Shown: in pieces, positions 51,898 through 64,000 of the stretch
Numbering within the stretch: position 1 is the first letter of the stretch
Layout: every line of letters begins with the position of its first letter
Assembly: GCA_963826785.1 (NCBI GenBank)
Contig: CAWGYD010000008.1
Span: 64,001-128,000 of the forward strand
Reading direction: 5' to 3'
DNA length: 64,000 nt
Source: an uncultured delta proteobacterium
Lineage (GTDB): Bacteria > Desulfobacterota > Desulfobacteria > Desulfobacterales > Desulfosalsimonadaceae
Position numbers and translations under genes: made by a program
Notes under the pieces: model-generated
What the model was told of the DNA's origin: nothing
The model's input: the letters and a program-made list of their open reading frames with translations, nothing else
The model's database searches: none

Positions 51898-54873
51898 ATG
51901 CGAAAAAAACTAAAACTTTTCATCGGGATGGTTCTCATCCTGATGGGATTGAACCGGTTTCATTTTCAGGAAGCACATGCCCTGGATTTCAATGGTGTAA
52001 TCGATGCCGACAGCCGTTGGACTACCGCGGACAGCCCCGTCCATATAACGGGCGACGTGCATGTCGAGCCGAACACCTCGTTGACGATTGAACCCGGTGT
52101 TGACGTAATTTTCAAATCACCCGCTGATATCGGGAAAGGATATTCCATCCGTGTCGATGGAACGCTGATCGCCCGGGGGAAAACACATCAACCCATTATA
52201 TTTACCGCAGAAGACAGATCCATACCCTGGGGGGCAATCCTCTTTGGCGACGAAAGCAGGGATTGGAATCAAACCACAACAAGCGGATGTATTTTAGAAT
52301 ATTGTGTCTTTGAATATGGCGGAAATGAACCCTCCGGCAAAGGCATGATCGTCGCCATTGATGCCGCGCCCTTTATCACCCGCAATGCAATCCGATTCGG
52401 TGCGGCTGCAGGTATTTCAGCATTGGTTTCAGATGATCCGGCAGCGGTATCCACCCTGAGCGGAAATATCCGGATCGTTTCCAACCAGATATATAACAAC
52501 CCAACCGGAATCCGGTTGCTGGCAGAGGGAGGAATCATCGAGGACAATTATTTCCTCAACAACGGTCAGGCAATCGATCTTCAGGTCCGCACCAATGATG
52601 TGACGATTTCCGATAATACCGTGGTGAGTTCGTCTTCCAACCGATCCGGGAGCGATATCCGGCTTCTATTAAATGAAGCGCACAGCGGGATAGCCGCTTA
52701 CCAGTGGCGGCAAACCGGAGGGACGCCCGTTGAACTGATCCATCCGCAAAACGCCCGGGCATCCTTTTTATCGCCCGATCCCGGCAATGGCGTGGAAAAT
52801 TTAACATTTGATCTGACCGTGACCAATAAAAACGGACTCCAGGCGCATGAAACAGTAAAGATCGACATTGTCGGCGAAAATCCGCCACCTGTTGCCAAAA
52901 CCGGTGCCGATCTCAATGTTCAGCTTCCCGAAGAAGAAGGTGAAGAATTGGTCATAATGCTCAGCGGGGAAAATTCCGTCGATCCTTACCTGGGAATAGT
53001 TAAATACGCATGGAAACAGACGGAAGGGATAACGGTAGATCTGCAGGGAGCCGATACCGTCGAACCGACGTTTACCGTTCCCGCATCCGTATCCGCCGGC
53101 GATCGAATGACCTTTCAATTGACAGTGACAGACCAGGCCGGACTGACCTCGACGGATTCAGTCGATATCATATTTTACGATGACAATATCTTCCCGGTTG
53201 CAGCAGCAGGCAATGATCAAAGGGTTTCTCAGGGAAATGCCGTTTTTCTCGATGGTTCCGCATCAAGAGATCCAGACGGCAGCATATCGGCATATGAGTG
53301 GGTACAGACAAACGGATTGCCGGTAAATCTGATCAATCCGAACACCGCAAAACCGCGCTTTGAACCACCCGAAGGAAGCAATGTTCCAGAAGTGCTGACT
53401 TTCAGATTGAAGGTTACGGATAATGGCGGACTGCAGGATTTCGATGATATCGCCGTCACCGTAAATGGCACCTTGACAGCCGGCGCCGAAATCAGCTTTT
53501 CTGACGATGGTATGATCATTCTGGATGGAAGTGCGTCTTTGGACCGGAACGCCGCCGCGACTGTCGATATTGTATCCAACAATTTTTTGGCAAAAGAGGC
53601 CGGCACGGGACTGCTGGCCATCACGGCCAATGAAAACGCCTCCTATGCTTTGAACGTTACCTGGAACAATCTCAACACCGACGAGAAGAAGGGTTATCTC
53701 GTCTATCTCCATGACTGGCCGATCGAATCATCAGCGCCCCTTGACATGCCGGGCAACTGGTGGGGCGTCAGTGACGCATTGACGATTGAATCCTTCATAT
53801 ATGATCAGGATGAAAATTATAGTTTACCGGCAGTGGAATTCCGCCCGTTTGCAGGGGGAAAAATACCCGGGATCGGATCATCACTTCCCTATCCCCCGCT
53901 TGCGGATGCCGGTCCCGATATGGAAGCGGTTACCGACACTTTAGTCACCCTGGATGGGAGCCGCTCCTATGATCCCGAGAACATCGCGCAATATCGATGG
54001 AAACAAACCGGGGGGCCGATGGTGGATCTCAAAAACGCGAACCAGGCGAAGGCTTCATTCATTGCCCCGCCCGGCGGCCCTGATGGGGCCGATCTTCAAT
54101 TCGAACTGAGTGTTTCAACCGACGGCGCTTTTACCCACAGCGATACGGCAAACGCCGCCATCAGGCCTGAAAGCGATCTTCCCACCGTAGACGTGGGCGG
54201 ATGTTTTATTCAAACGGCCGCATCCCAGCATCTGAATCATGCGCTTTTTCTCATTTTTCCAATTTTGATTCTGATAATTTTTTTAAACTTGCTGGCCCGG
54301 TTTTTATCACTGCGTTTCAAATTGCCGGCAGTATGTATTTTCCTGACGATGATGTTCATCATCGGGGCTCCCGCCCGGGCCGGATATCTTTCTGTGGGGG
54401 GCGGAGCCGGAGGAGATGCCGACGATTACAACGTAACACTTGAAACCGGCGCCAAAGATATCCGGGCCGGCAACCTTGATCTGTTGTTTGGTGTCGGAAT
54501 CTTTTTGATTCCCCATTCGGATGATGATTTCCCGGATGACACGATTTCCTTCCCATGCCCGAATGTGGATTGCATCCGATTCGACACCGCAAGAAAAGGA
54601 AATGAGGTCGGTTTCTTGGGAAAACTTGGGATTGAAATCGGGTCCAGCGATTTTTATGTGTCGGGCATCGGCGGATTTACGGCTTACACGGAAAGCGAAA
54701 TTTCCTTTTCACCTGCGACGGGCCGCTATTATGAAGAATCTTCGGACAGCACGGTCGAAGCGCTATATGGCGGCGGAATCAGCTATTTCATCGATCAAAA
54801 ATGGAAAATCGTTCTTGAAGTGGACTACGACAACATCCGGGGGGTAACCGGTTTGGCCGGTTTGCACTGGTAA
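51898..54873 (+). CDS. Secreted beta-helix/PKD protein with internal GGCFI motif and C-terminal OM barrel-like domain
   Basis: WTTADSP..ITGDV.V..LTIEPGV start, GNWWG, PKD-like repeats, GGCFIQTAA, two hydrophobic segments, ends GLHW. Confidence 0.8.
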   Translation: MRKKLKLFIGMVLILMGLNRFHFQEAHALDFNGVIDADSRWTTADSPVHITGDVHVEPNTSLTIEPGVDVIFKSPADIGKGYSIRVDGTLIARGKTHQPIIFTAEDRSIPWGAILFGDESRDWNQTTTSGCILEYCVFEYGGNEPSGKGMIVAIDAAPFITRNAIRFGAAAGISALVSDDPAAVSTLSGNIRIVSNQIYNNPTGIRLLAEGGIIEDNYFLNNGQAIDLQVRTNDVTISDNTVVSSSSNRSGSDIRLLLNEAHSGIAAYQWRQTGGTPVELIHPQNARASFLSPDPGNGVENLTFDLTVTNKNGLQAHETVKIDIVGENPPPVAKTGADLNVQLPEEEGEELVIMLSGENSVDPYLGIVKYAWKQTEGITVDLQGADTVEPTFTVPASVSAGDRMTFQLTVTDQAGLTSTDSVDIIFYDDNIFPVAAAGNDQRVSQGNAVFLDGSASRDPDGSISAYEWVQTNGLPVNLINPNTAKPRFEPPEGSNVPEVLTFRLKVTDNGGLQDFDDIAVTVNGTLTAGAEISFSDDGMIILDGSASLDRNAAATVDIVSNNFLAKEAGTGLLAITANENASYALNVTWNNLNTDEKKGYLVYLHDWPIESSAPLDMPGNWWGVSDALTIESFIYDQDENYSLPAVEFRPFAGGKIPGIGSSLPYPPLADAGPDMEAVTDTLVTLDGSRSYDPENIAQYRWKQTGGPMVDLKNANQAKASFIAPPGGPDGADLQFELSVSTDGAFTHSDTANAAIRPESDLPTVDVGGCFIQTAASQHLNHALFLIFPILILIIFLNLLARFLSLRFKLPAVCIFLTMMFIIGAPARAGYLSVGGGAGGDADDYNVTLETGAKDIRAGNLDLLFGVGIFLIPHSDDDFPDDTISFPCPNVDCIRFDTARKGNEVGFLGKLGIEIGSSDFYVSGIGGFTAYTESEISFSPATGRYYEESSDSTVEALYGGGISYFIDQKWKIVLEVDYDNIRGVTGLAGLHW

Positions 54874-54874
54874 T

Positions 54875-55525
54875 TCAATCAGGCGATGCGGATGCGATTT
54901 TTTCGATGGTGACGTTATATCCGGAAAGGGTGTCCGTGAGCGGCCGTCCGAATAAAAACAAGAGGATGTCGGCCGGCAGGTTCCCCTTCCCTGTGGCCAG
55001 TTTTCTATACTGCAGGTCCAGGTTGACCCATTCGGTCAGCCTGGAAGCGGCCTCCGGATTTCCGTTCTCCCGCTGCTCTACCCATTTTCTGATCTCTTCA
55101 TATGAACAGACCGACTCATGCGAGGAAACCAACTCCTTGAGCCATTGAATATGGCCGATTACGGCCAAACGGTCCACCCGGCCGCGGTCATACCCCTCCA
55201 TGATGCGGGCCGAATCCCAGCAGGCCTGCAGCCGGCATTCCAGTGGCCGGCCTTTATAAATGCGGCAGCCGTTTTCCTCCTCGATAAAATGGATGCACGT
55301 TTTTCCTTTCGGAATTGACCTGATTTTAACAATTTCATGCGCCATATCGATCCGGTGCCCGGCTACATTGTCATAGGCCCGCTCCCCTTTCCGGATGGTC
55401 ATCAGCATATCCAGTTCGATGGCCCCGCTTCGGATAAGGGGCAGGTCTTCTTCATGCAGCGCGGGCCCCCCTTTTCGGCAGCAGGTGCCGCAGCGGGTAC
55501 AGGCGGTAATCTGGTTTTCTTTCAT
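54875..55525 (-). CDS. YkgJ-family Cys-cluster protein
   Basis: CTRCGTCC, C.HF..C.IY..RP.EC. Confidence 0.85.
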   Translation of the reverse strand: MKENQITACTRCGTCCRKGGPALHEEDLPLIRSGAIELDMLMTIRKGERAYDNVAGHRIDMAHEIVKIRSIPKGKTCIHFIEEENGCRIYKGRPLECRLQACWDSARIMEGYDRGRVDRLAVIGHIQWLKELVSSHESVCSYEEIRKWVEQRENGNPEAASRLTEWVNLDLQYRKLATGKGNLPADILLFLFGRPLTDTLSGYNVTIEKIASASPD

Positions 55526-55542
55526 TTGACCTCGACACGTTC

Positions 55543-55578
55543 AAAAAAGCGGAGGCCGTTTGTGCACAAACGGCCTCC
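55543..55578 (-). terminator. Probable terminator downstream of PFOR
   Basis: Perfect palindrome GGAGGCCGTTTGTGCACAAACGGCCTCC, then GC and T6 on the minus strand. Confidence 0.65.
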
Positions 55579-55633
55579 TGTTTCATATTCAATTTATTCG
55601 AGATAATAAGGCATTGCTTCTCAAGCTTTAACA

Positions 55634-55735
55634 CCCCCCTGCCCCCCTCAAGGGGGGATTCCCCCCCGTGTCCCCCCTGCCCCCCTCAAGGGGGGATTTC
55701 CCCCCGTGTCCCCCCTGCCCCCCCTCAAGGGGGGA
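55634..55735. repeat. Tandem REP-like palindromic repeat (38-nt period)
   Basis: Three CCCCCCTGCCCCCCTCAAGGGGGGA units. Confidence 0.85.
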
Positions 55736-55804
55736 ATATCGGGAAGGAAGGAGACAGGGGGATGTTTGCGGCTCTTTTAAAAAGGCTTCAAGTTTTAAGC
55801 GATA

Positions 55805-59377
<3,573 letters not shown>

Positions 59378-59642
59378 TTACTCCGTTTCTGAAATTAACA
59401 TCATATATAAATCTTTTTGGATTGGTGAAAACATAATCCGAAAACTTAAAATTGTAAAATTTATCTTAAAACTGGCCGCATGTAAATGAAAAATTGAACG
59501 TTTGGCATCGGGAGTCAGCGCCCGAACCTGAATGGAGGCTGCAGGTGGTAAATCAAAGCCAGGCGCAAGCCCTGCGGGTCGCCCGTCTGGGCCGAAAAGC
59601 GTCTGAAAATGCAGAATTGGCGCAGAAGCGGTCTATCCCGTG

Positions 59643-61154
59643 CTACTCCACCCGGTAGAGCAGATCGATATAGCGCTCCATGATCTGTCCCACCAGCCCC
59701 CGCACCGGGATGGTGGCCGCCATCCCGTACACCGGTGCCATGGGGCCGGATTCGTCGGGATGCTTCCGGACATGCGCTTCGGCCTCCGCCAGATCCGCGA
59801 TGAACCGCTCGGCCACGCCCGGCTGCGTGTGCCTCAGGGTCACGCAGATATGCACGCAGGGCGGTTTGTGCAGACCGTTCAAGCTCCAGCCCTTCTCCCC
59901 CATCCGATCCATGATCTGATAAATATTGGCATCTTTTGCATCAAAGGCGATCACCCACAAGGGGTCGCCCAGGATGTTCAGACCGGGGATATTCTGGATT
60001 CCCGCCTTGATCTTGTCGGCACTCGACAGGATCTTTTCCGTGGCGGACAGATATCCGGATTCCCCCATGGACACCAGGGCCGCCCAGCAGGCGGCGCTCA
60101 GCGCACCCGGCCGGCTGCCGGCAAAAGTGGGGGAAAAATACAGGCCGCCGGGCCAGTCGGTAATGGTGAAATACTGGTAATGCCGCAGGTCCGTGCCCCT
60201 ATACAGCACCACCGATGTCCCTTTGGCGGCATACCCGTATTTGTGGGTATCCGCGGACATGGAGGTCACCCCGGGAAGACTGAAATCAAAAGGGGGCACC
60301 GCATAGCCGAGTTTTTCTGCAAAGGGGAGCACAAACCCGCCCAGGCAGGCGTCCGTGTGAAATCCGATCCCCTTTTTCAATGCGATCTCCGAGAGTTCGG
60401 AAATGGGGTCAACCGCGCCATGGGGGAACGAGGGGGCCGACCCCACCATCACGATGGTGTTTTTGGTGACTGCCTTTTCAGCGGCGGCCGCATCGGCACG
60501 AAAATTCGCATCCACCGGGATATGGATGATCTTGATGTTGAAGTATTGGGCAGCCTTGTCAAAGGCCGCATGGGCGGTAACCGGTACGATCATCTCGGGG
60601 GAGCGGATGTTTTTCTCTTTGCGGGCCTTGTCCCGGTAGGTCTTCATGGCCAGCAGGATGCTTTCGGTTCCGCCCGAGGAAACCGTCCCGCAGATCTCGC
60701 CATCCGTCTTGTCCGCCCCCAGCATCCGGGCGGTCATGGAGACGATTTCCGCTTCGTACTTGGCCCCGCTGGGCCAGACGTCGGAATGAAGCGGGTTGCT
60801 CTGGGAATTTAAGCTGTAAACCCGATTTAAAAAATCGATGTGCGCCTCGTCTCCATGATAGACCGCCCCCGAGACAAACCCGTCTTTCCATTTGCCCACC
60901 TCTTTTTGATGGATATCTTCCATCAGGGCAATAATCCGGTCCCGCTCCACCCCGGTCTCCGGCAGGCTGGCAAACTGCGCCACGCTGCCGCGGTAAGGTT
61001 TGACCGTGGTTTCGATCTGGGCCATCATTTCGTTGACCTGATTTTCGATTGCCCTTGCCACAAAGGGAATCCGTCTGATGGAATTAAACGCCCGGGCCGC
61101 CATTTTGGGGGGAAGCCGGTAAAGTGATTTTTCCAGAAACCGCTGAAGCCCCAA
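59643..61154 (-). CDS. Sphingosine-1-phosphate-lyase-like PLP enzyme
   Basis: [52 protein letters not shown] start with GGAGG RBS. Confidence 0.85.
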   Translation of the reverse strand: MGLQRFLEKSLYRLPPKMAARAFNSIRRIPFVARAIENQVNEMMAQIETTVKPYRGSVAQFASLPETGVERDRIIALMEDIHQKEVGKWKDGFVSGAVYHGDEAHIDFLNRVYSLNSQSNPLHSDVWPSGAKYEAEIVSMTARMLGADKTDGEICGTVSSGGTESILLAMKTYRDKARKEKNIRSPEMIVPVTAHAAFDKAAQYFNIKIIHIPVDANFRADAAAAEKAVTKNTIVMVGSAPSFPHGAVDPISELSEIALKKGIGFHTDACLGGFVLPFAEKLGYAVPPFDFSLPGVTSMSADTHKYGYAAKGTSVVLYRGTDLRHYQYFTITDWPGGLYFSPTFAGSRPGALSAACWAALVSMGESGYLSATEKILSSADKIKAGIQNIPGLNILGDPLWVIAFDAKDANIYQIMDRMGEKGWSLNGLHKPPCVHICVTLRHTQPGVAERFIADLAEAEAHVRKHPDESGPMAPVYGMAATIPVRGLVGQIMERYIDLLYRVE

Positions 61155-61293
61155 TCCGCACCTCCGCTTTGATGATAAAACCCAGAAAATAACGTAAATA
61201 TCGCCCCCCCTTGCAGGCAGGAATCATCCCACCGCAAGAGAGGATCTAAGAAGTGTCATGGTCTTTGTGCCCTTCGTGGTGAATACCTGTTTT

Positions 61294-62877
61294 TCAGACG
61301 CGATTCAGTGTTCTGTAGATTTTTTTGTTTTTGCGATAGATCTGCTTGAACTGCGCAAACAGCCGGTCGTAAATGTCCCGGTTGGCCGGGTCGGGATCAT
61401 AGGTGTTTGCCACCTCCACCGTTGCCGGAATATCCTTGTAGTCCATGTATCCCAGGGCGACTGCCGCCAGGAGGGCTGCGCCCCGAACGTTTGCCAGAAG
61501 CGGCTGTTTGACCTGGCGGATGCTCCGGTTAAAAACATCCGCATGGATTCTGCACCAGATGTCCGATGCGCCCCCCCCGCCGATCATGCGGATGGGATCG
61601 AGGCGCTTCTTGGTAAACCGTTCAACAGCCGACAGGAGCCACCGGCCATTGAAGGCCACCCCTTCCAGCACGGCCCGGATCATGTGGGCCCGGGTGGTTT
61701 CGAGGGACTGGTTGAAAAAACCGCCCCGGACGAAAGGGTCATCCAAGGGGGTGCGTTCGCCGTACAGCCAGGGGGTAAAGATGACGTTTCCGCTGCCCGG
61801 GGGAACGGTGGCCGCCACCTGGTCGAACCGCTTGTAGACATCGGACGGACAGGGTCCTGTGCACAGGGCGTCATTGTGAAAGAAGAGGTTGTCCCGTAAA
61901 AAAGTAAGGCAGGCCCCGGCGGTTTCCTGCTCGTTGGCCACGAAATACCGGCCCGGAATGGCCGAGGGCAGCGAAGCGATTCCGGAGGCGAGATCGGTTT
62001 TCTTGTAGGGCACATGGCAGGTCAGCCAGGATGAGGTCCCGATATAAAAATGTGCCTCAAAATCATTGACCCCTCCGGACCCCACGGCCGCGGCCTGAAC
62101 GTCCGGGGTCCCCATGACCACTTTCACATCAGCGCCCAGTCCCAGTTCGGCAGCCAGTTCTTTCTGGAGGGGGCCCAGAATCGCGTTGGCGCCCTTAAGC
62201 TCGGGGAGTTTATCCCCGTCGATGGTGGACATGGACACCAGCTTATCATCATAACAGATGTGGTTGATATCCCGGTTGTCCGTCACCCAGTGCAGGGTGA
62301 TGGAATCCACGGAGGCGGCAAACCGGCCGGTGAGCCGAAAATTGATATAATCCTTGGGCTCCAGAAACTTGAAGGTCCGCCGATAGATGTCCGGGTGGCG
62401 GTTTTTGATGTAGAGTATATGGGCGATGGGGTCCTTGCCCGAATGGCTGGGCGCCCCGCCGGTAAGCCGCAGCCAGCGCTGCAGTTTACCGATGCCGTAG
62501 CCCTCGATCTTTACCAGTCCGCCGGTGATCTTTCTGATGTACGGGCTCCCCCGGGAATCCAGCCAGATCAGGGCGTTCATCAGGGGGGTGCCGTCGCGGT
62601 CGACGGCCACGGTGCCGGACCACTGGGTGGAGCAGCTGACCGCCACGATATCTTCCGGCGGCACCCGTTTTTTTGAAAGCAGCACCTTGAAGGTTTCAAG
62701 AATCGAATTCCACCACTGGGCCGGTTCCTGTTCAGCCCCGCCGTCGGGGAGCAGGTGTACGCGGTTCTCGACGAACGTGTGGTCGATGATTTCACCCCGG
62801 GTGGATACCAGTGCGGATTTCGGACCGGATGTCCCCAGATCCACGGCCAGAATATACTTTTTCTTTTCCTGAGCCAT
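61294..62877 (-). CDS. FGGY-family carbohydrate kinase (xylulokinase-like)
   Basis: VDLGTSGPK, WLDSR, GTSSW, GERTP, RAVLEGVAF, GGG. Confidence 0.92.
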   Translation of the reverse strand: MAQEKKKYILAVDLGTSGPKSALVSTRGEIIDHTFVENRVHLLPDGGAEQEPAQWWNSILETFKVLLSKKRVPPEDIVAVSCSTQWSGTVAVDRDGTPLMNALIWLDSRGSPYIRKITGGLVKIEGYGIGKLQRWLRLTGGAPSHSGKDPIAHILYIKNRHPDIYRRTFKFLEPKDYINFRLTGRFAASVDSITLHWVTDNRDINHICYDDKLVSMSTIDGDKLPELKGANAILGPLQKELAAELGLGADVKVVMGTPDVQAAAVGSGGVNDFEAHFYIGTSSWLTCHVPYKKTDLASGIASLPSAIPGRYFVANEQETAGACLTFLRDNLFFHNDALCTGPCPSDVYKRFDQVAATVPPGSGNVIFTPWLYGERTPLDDPFVRGGFFNQSLETTRAHMIRAVLEGVAFNGRWLLSAVERFTKKRLDPIRMIGGGGASDIWCRIHADVFNRSIRQVKQPLLANVRGAALLAAVALGYMDYKDIPATVEVANTYDPDPANRDIYDRLFAQFKQIYRKNKKIYRTLNRV

Positions 62878-62938
62878 GCCCCCCCTAAGCTATTTGAATA
62901 GTTGGCTGCTGATATTTCCGGTAATTTGATTCAATAGA

Positions 62939-63105
62939 AAGCTACCGACCCCGGTGTGCGGTGTTTTTATAGAAAGGAGCTATCGAATCGTAACGGCCGC
63001 CGCCGGCACACCCCCCTTTAATTCCCCCCTCAAGGGGGGACTCCTTTTTTATTCCCCCCTGCGAGGGGGGACCAAGGGGGGTGTTGGGCCTGTGGATTAC
63101 AAAAA
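62939..63105. repeat. REP-like repeat unit homologous to the interior of 46652-47048
   Basis: Shared AAGCT..CCCG.TG.GCGGTGTTTT..TCGAATCG.AACGGCC.CCGCCGGC and CCCCCTCAAGGGGGG hairpins. Confidence 0.7.
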
Positions 63106-63201
63106 TTGAAGTCACTTCATCTGTTTGCCAAGTTGAGTCGCTTGGAAGCTCCCCGCCCCGCTGTGCGGTATTATTGCAGTGAGGAACTTGCGGTCTCCCT
63201 T

Positions 63202-63795
63202 TCAGGGAATGTTGTTGTCATACAGGAAGGAAAATGTTTCAGAATGTTCGATGCCGATCAGCTTGATGGTCAAATCAACGGGGCCATCGACACCTGCAAG
63301 CACTTCATCCAGATCGACCACGCCTTCGGCATTGGTGGGCGCCCTCCTGTCGAGTCCGGCCTCTGCATTCTGGATGATCAGCACTTCCTCGTCTGCCGGC
63401 TGCGGGGTCCCGCATGCAACGGTTTCCCCCGTATCATAGGTGCCCAGCTTTTCCACCCGGCGGCTTTGTTCAACGATGGCATAGGAGCGGAGCATGTCAA
63501 AGAGGCCCAGCCCGAAAAACGGCATTTCCAGAATCGCCAGATACAACCCCCGCCGCTGTTTTGCCGTCACCCGCAGCTTTTCTATTTTTTCATTGCACAT
63601 GGGCGTTTTCTCAACGACGATCCGGTTTCCCATGGCGTGGTAATCGTAATCGAATTTGCTGAAATCGCCTGCAATGGTTTCGCCGTTTTTGAGTTCCGAT
63701 TTTGCAGGCCCCACATAGGTAAGGAAACTGGAGCATCCGGAAACGCAGAAGGAAAATATCAGAAAAATAAAAACCTGCAGTGCGTTTCGTCCCAT
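63202..63795 (-). CDS. Hypothetical lipoprotein
   Basis: MGRNALQVFIFLIFSFCVSGC lipobox; purine-rich RBS. Confidence 0.7.
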   Translation of the reverse strand: MGRNALQVFIFLIFSFCVSGCSSFLTYVGPAKSELKNGETIAGDFSKFDYDYHAMGNRIVVEKTPMCNEKIEKLRVTAKQRRGLYLAILEMPFFGLGLFDMLRSYAIVEQSRRVEKLGTYDTGETVACGTPQPADEEVLIIQNAEAGLDRRAPTNAEGVVDLDEVLAGVDGPVDLTIKLIGIEHSETFSFLYDNNIP

Positions 63796-63927
63796 TTCTT
63801 CCCCCTTTTTTTGAATCCGGCCAACATGCCTGAAATTTGACAGCGGTGTAAAAAATCTGTACAAATATCAATAGCTCATATCACAATCATACGAATGTCA
63901 CAACCCCCAAATCAAAAGGGAGTTCTT

Positions 63928-64000
63928 ATGAAAAGGAAACATCTGATCTGCGTCTGCCTGTTTTTTCTCCTTGGCGCCGGCTGTCTGACCGAACCGCCGG
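63928..64000 (+). CDS. Start of a putative lipoprotein (runs off the window)
   Basis: AGGGAG RBS then MKRKHLICVCLFFLLGAGC. Confidence 0.6.
   Translation, partial: MKRKHLICVCLFFLLGAGCLTEPP

Noticed and set aside
55634..55735. Possible CRISPR array
   Set aside because: Intervening sequences are nearly identical and too short for spacers; no cas genes
63106..63840. 244-aa plus-strand ORF
   Set aside because: Antisense to the lipoprotein gene, which has the lipobox and RBS
63847..63863. TGT-N11-ACA site near the lipoprotein genes
   Set aside because: No accompanying sigma-54 box found and it lacks the CGACA half-site

Overview
About 1-54,900 is one large exosortase/PEP-CTERM plus Wzy-dependent exopolysaccharide (EPS) locus, probably from a Desulfobacterales-like deltaproteobacterium (inferred from gene content). 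It contains an exosortase and EpsI partner, PrsT/PrsK/PrsR, an ExeA-like ATPase, an OM beta-barrel, short Wza, split Wzc, priming sugar transferase, Wzx, Wzy, GT2/GT4 enzymes and many tailoring enzymes (three ATP-grasp ligases, FemAB, GNATs, adenylate-forming ligase, sulfotransferase, methyltransferase). It also has two PEP-CTERM substrates, secreted PKD/golvesin/DNRLRE/FN3 proteins and a NusG/RfaH paralog. The right end (54.9-64 kb) is visibly more GC-rich: YkgJ, PFOR with one in-frame TAG, a sphingosine-1-phosphate-lyase-like enzyme, an FGGY kinase and two lipoproteins. Highlights: (1) a 991-aa ORF that looks like a polyprotein (passenger, internal GGCFI signal, TM helix, second signal peptide, small OM barrel), plus a second GGGGGCFI-tailed FN3 protein; (2) an exact ops element upstream of the NusG paralog; (3) an in-frame DegT-exosortase fusion; (4) three MITE families with 6-bp target duplications; (5) sigma-54 promoters with two classes of putative enhancer. 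Several genes are broken by single-base insertions, which may be sequencing errors. All family calls are by eye from motifs; no searches were run.
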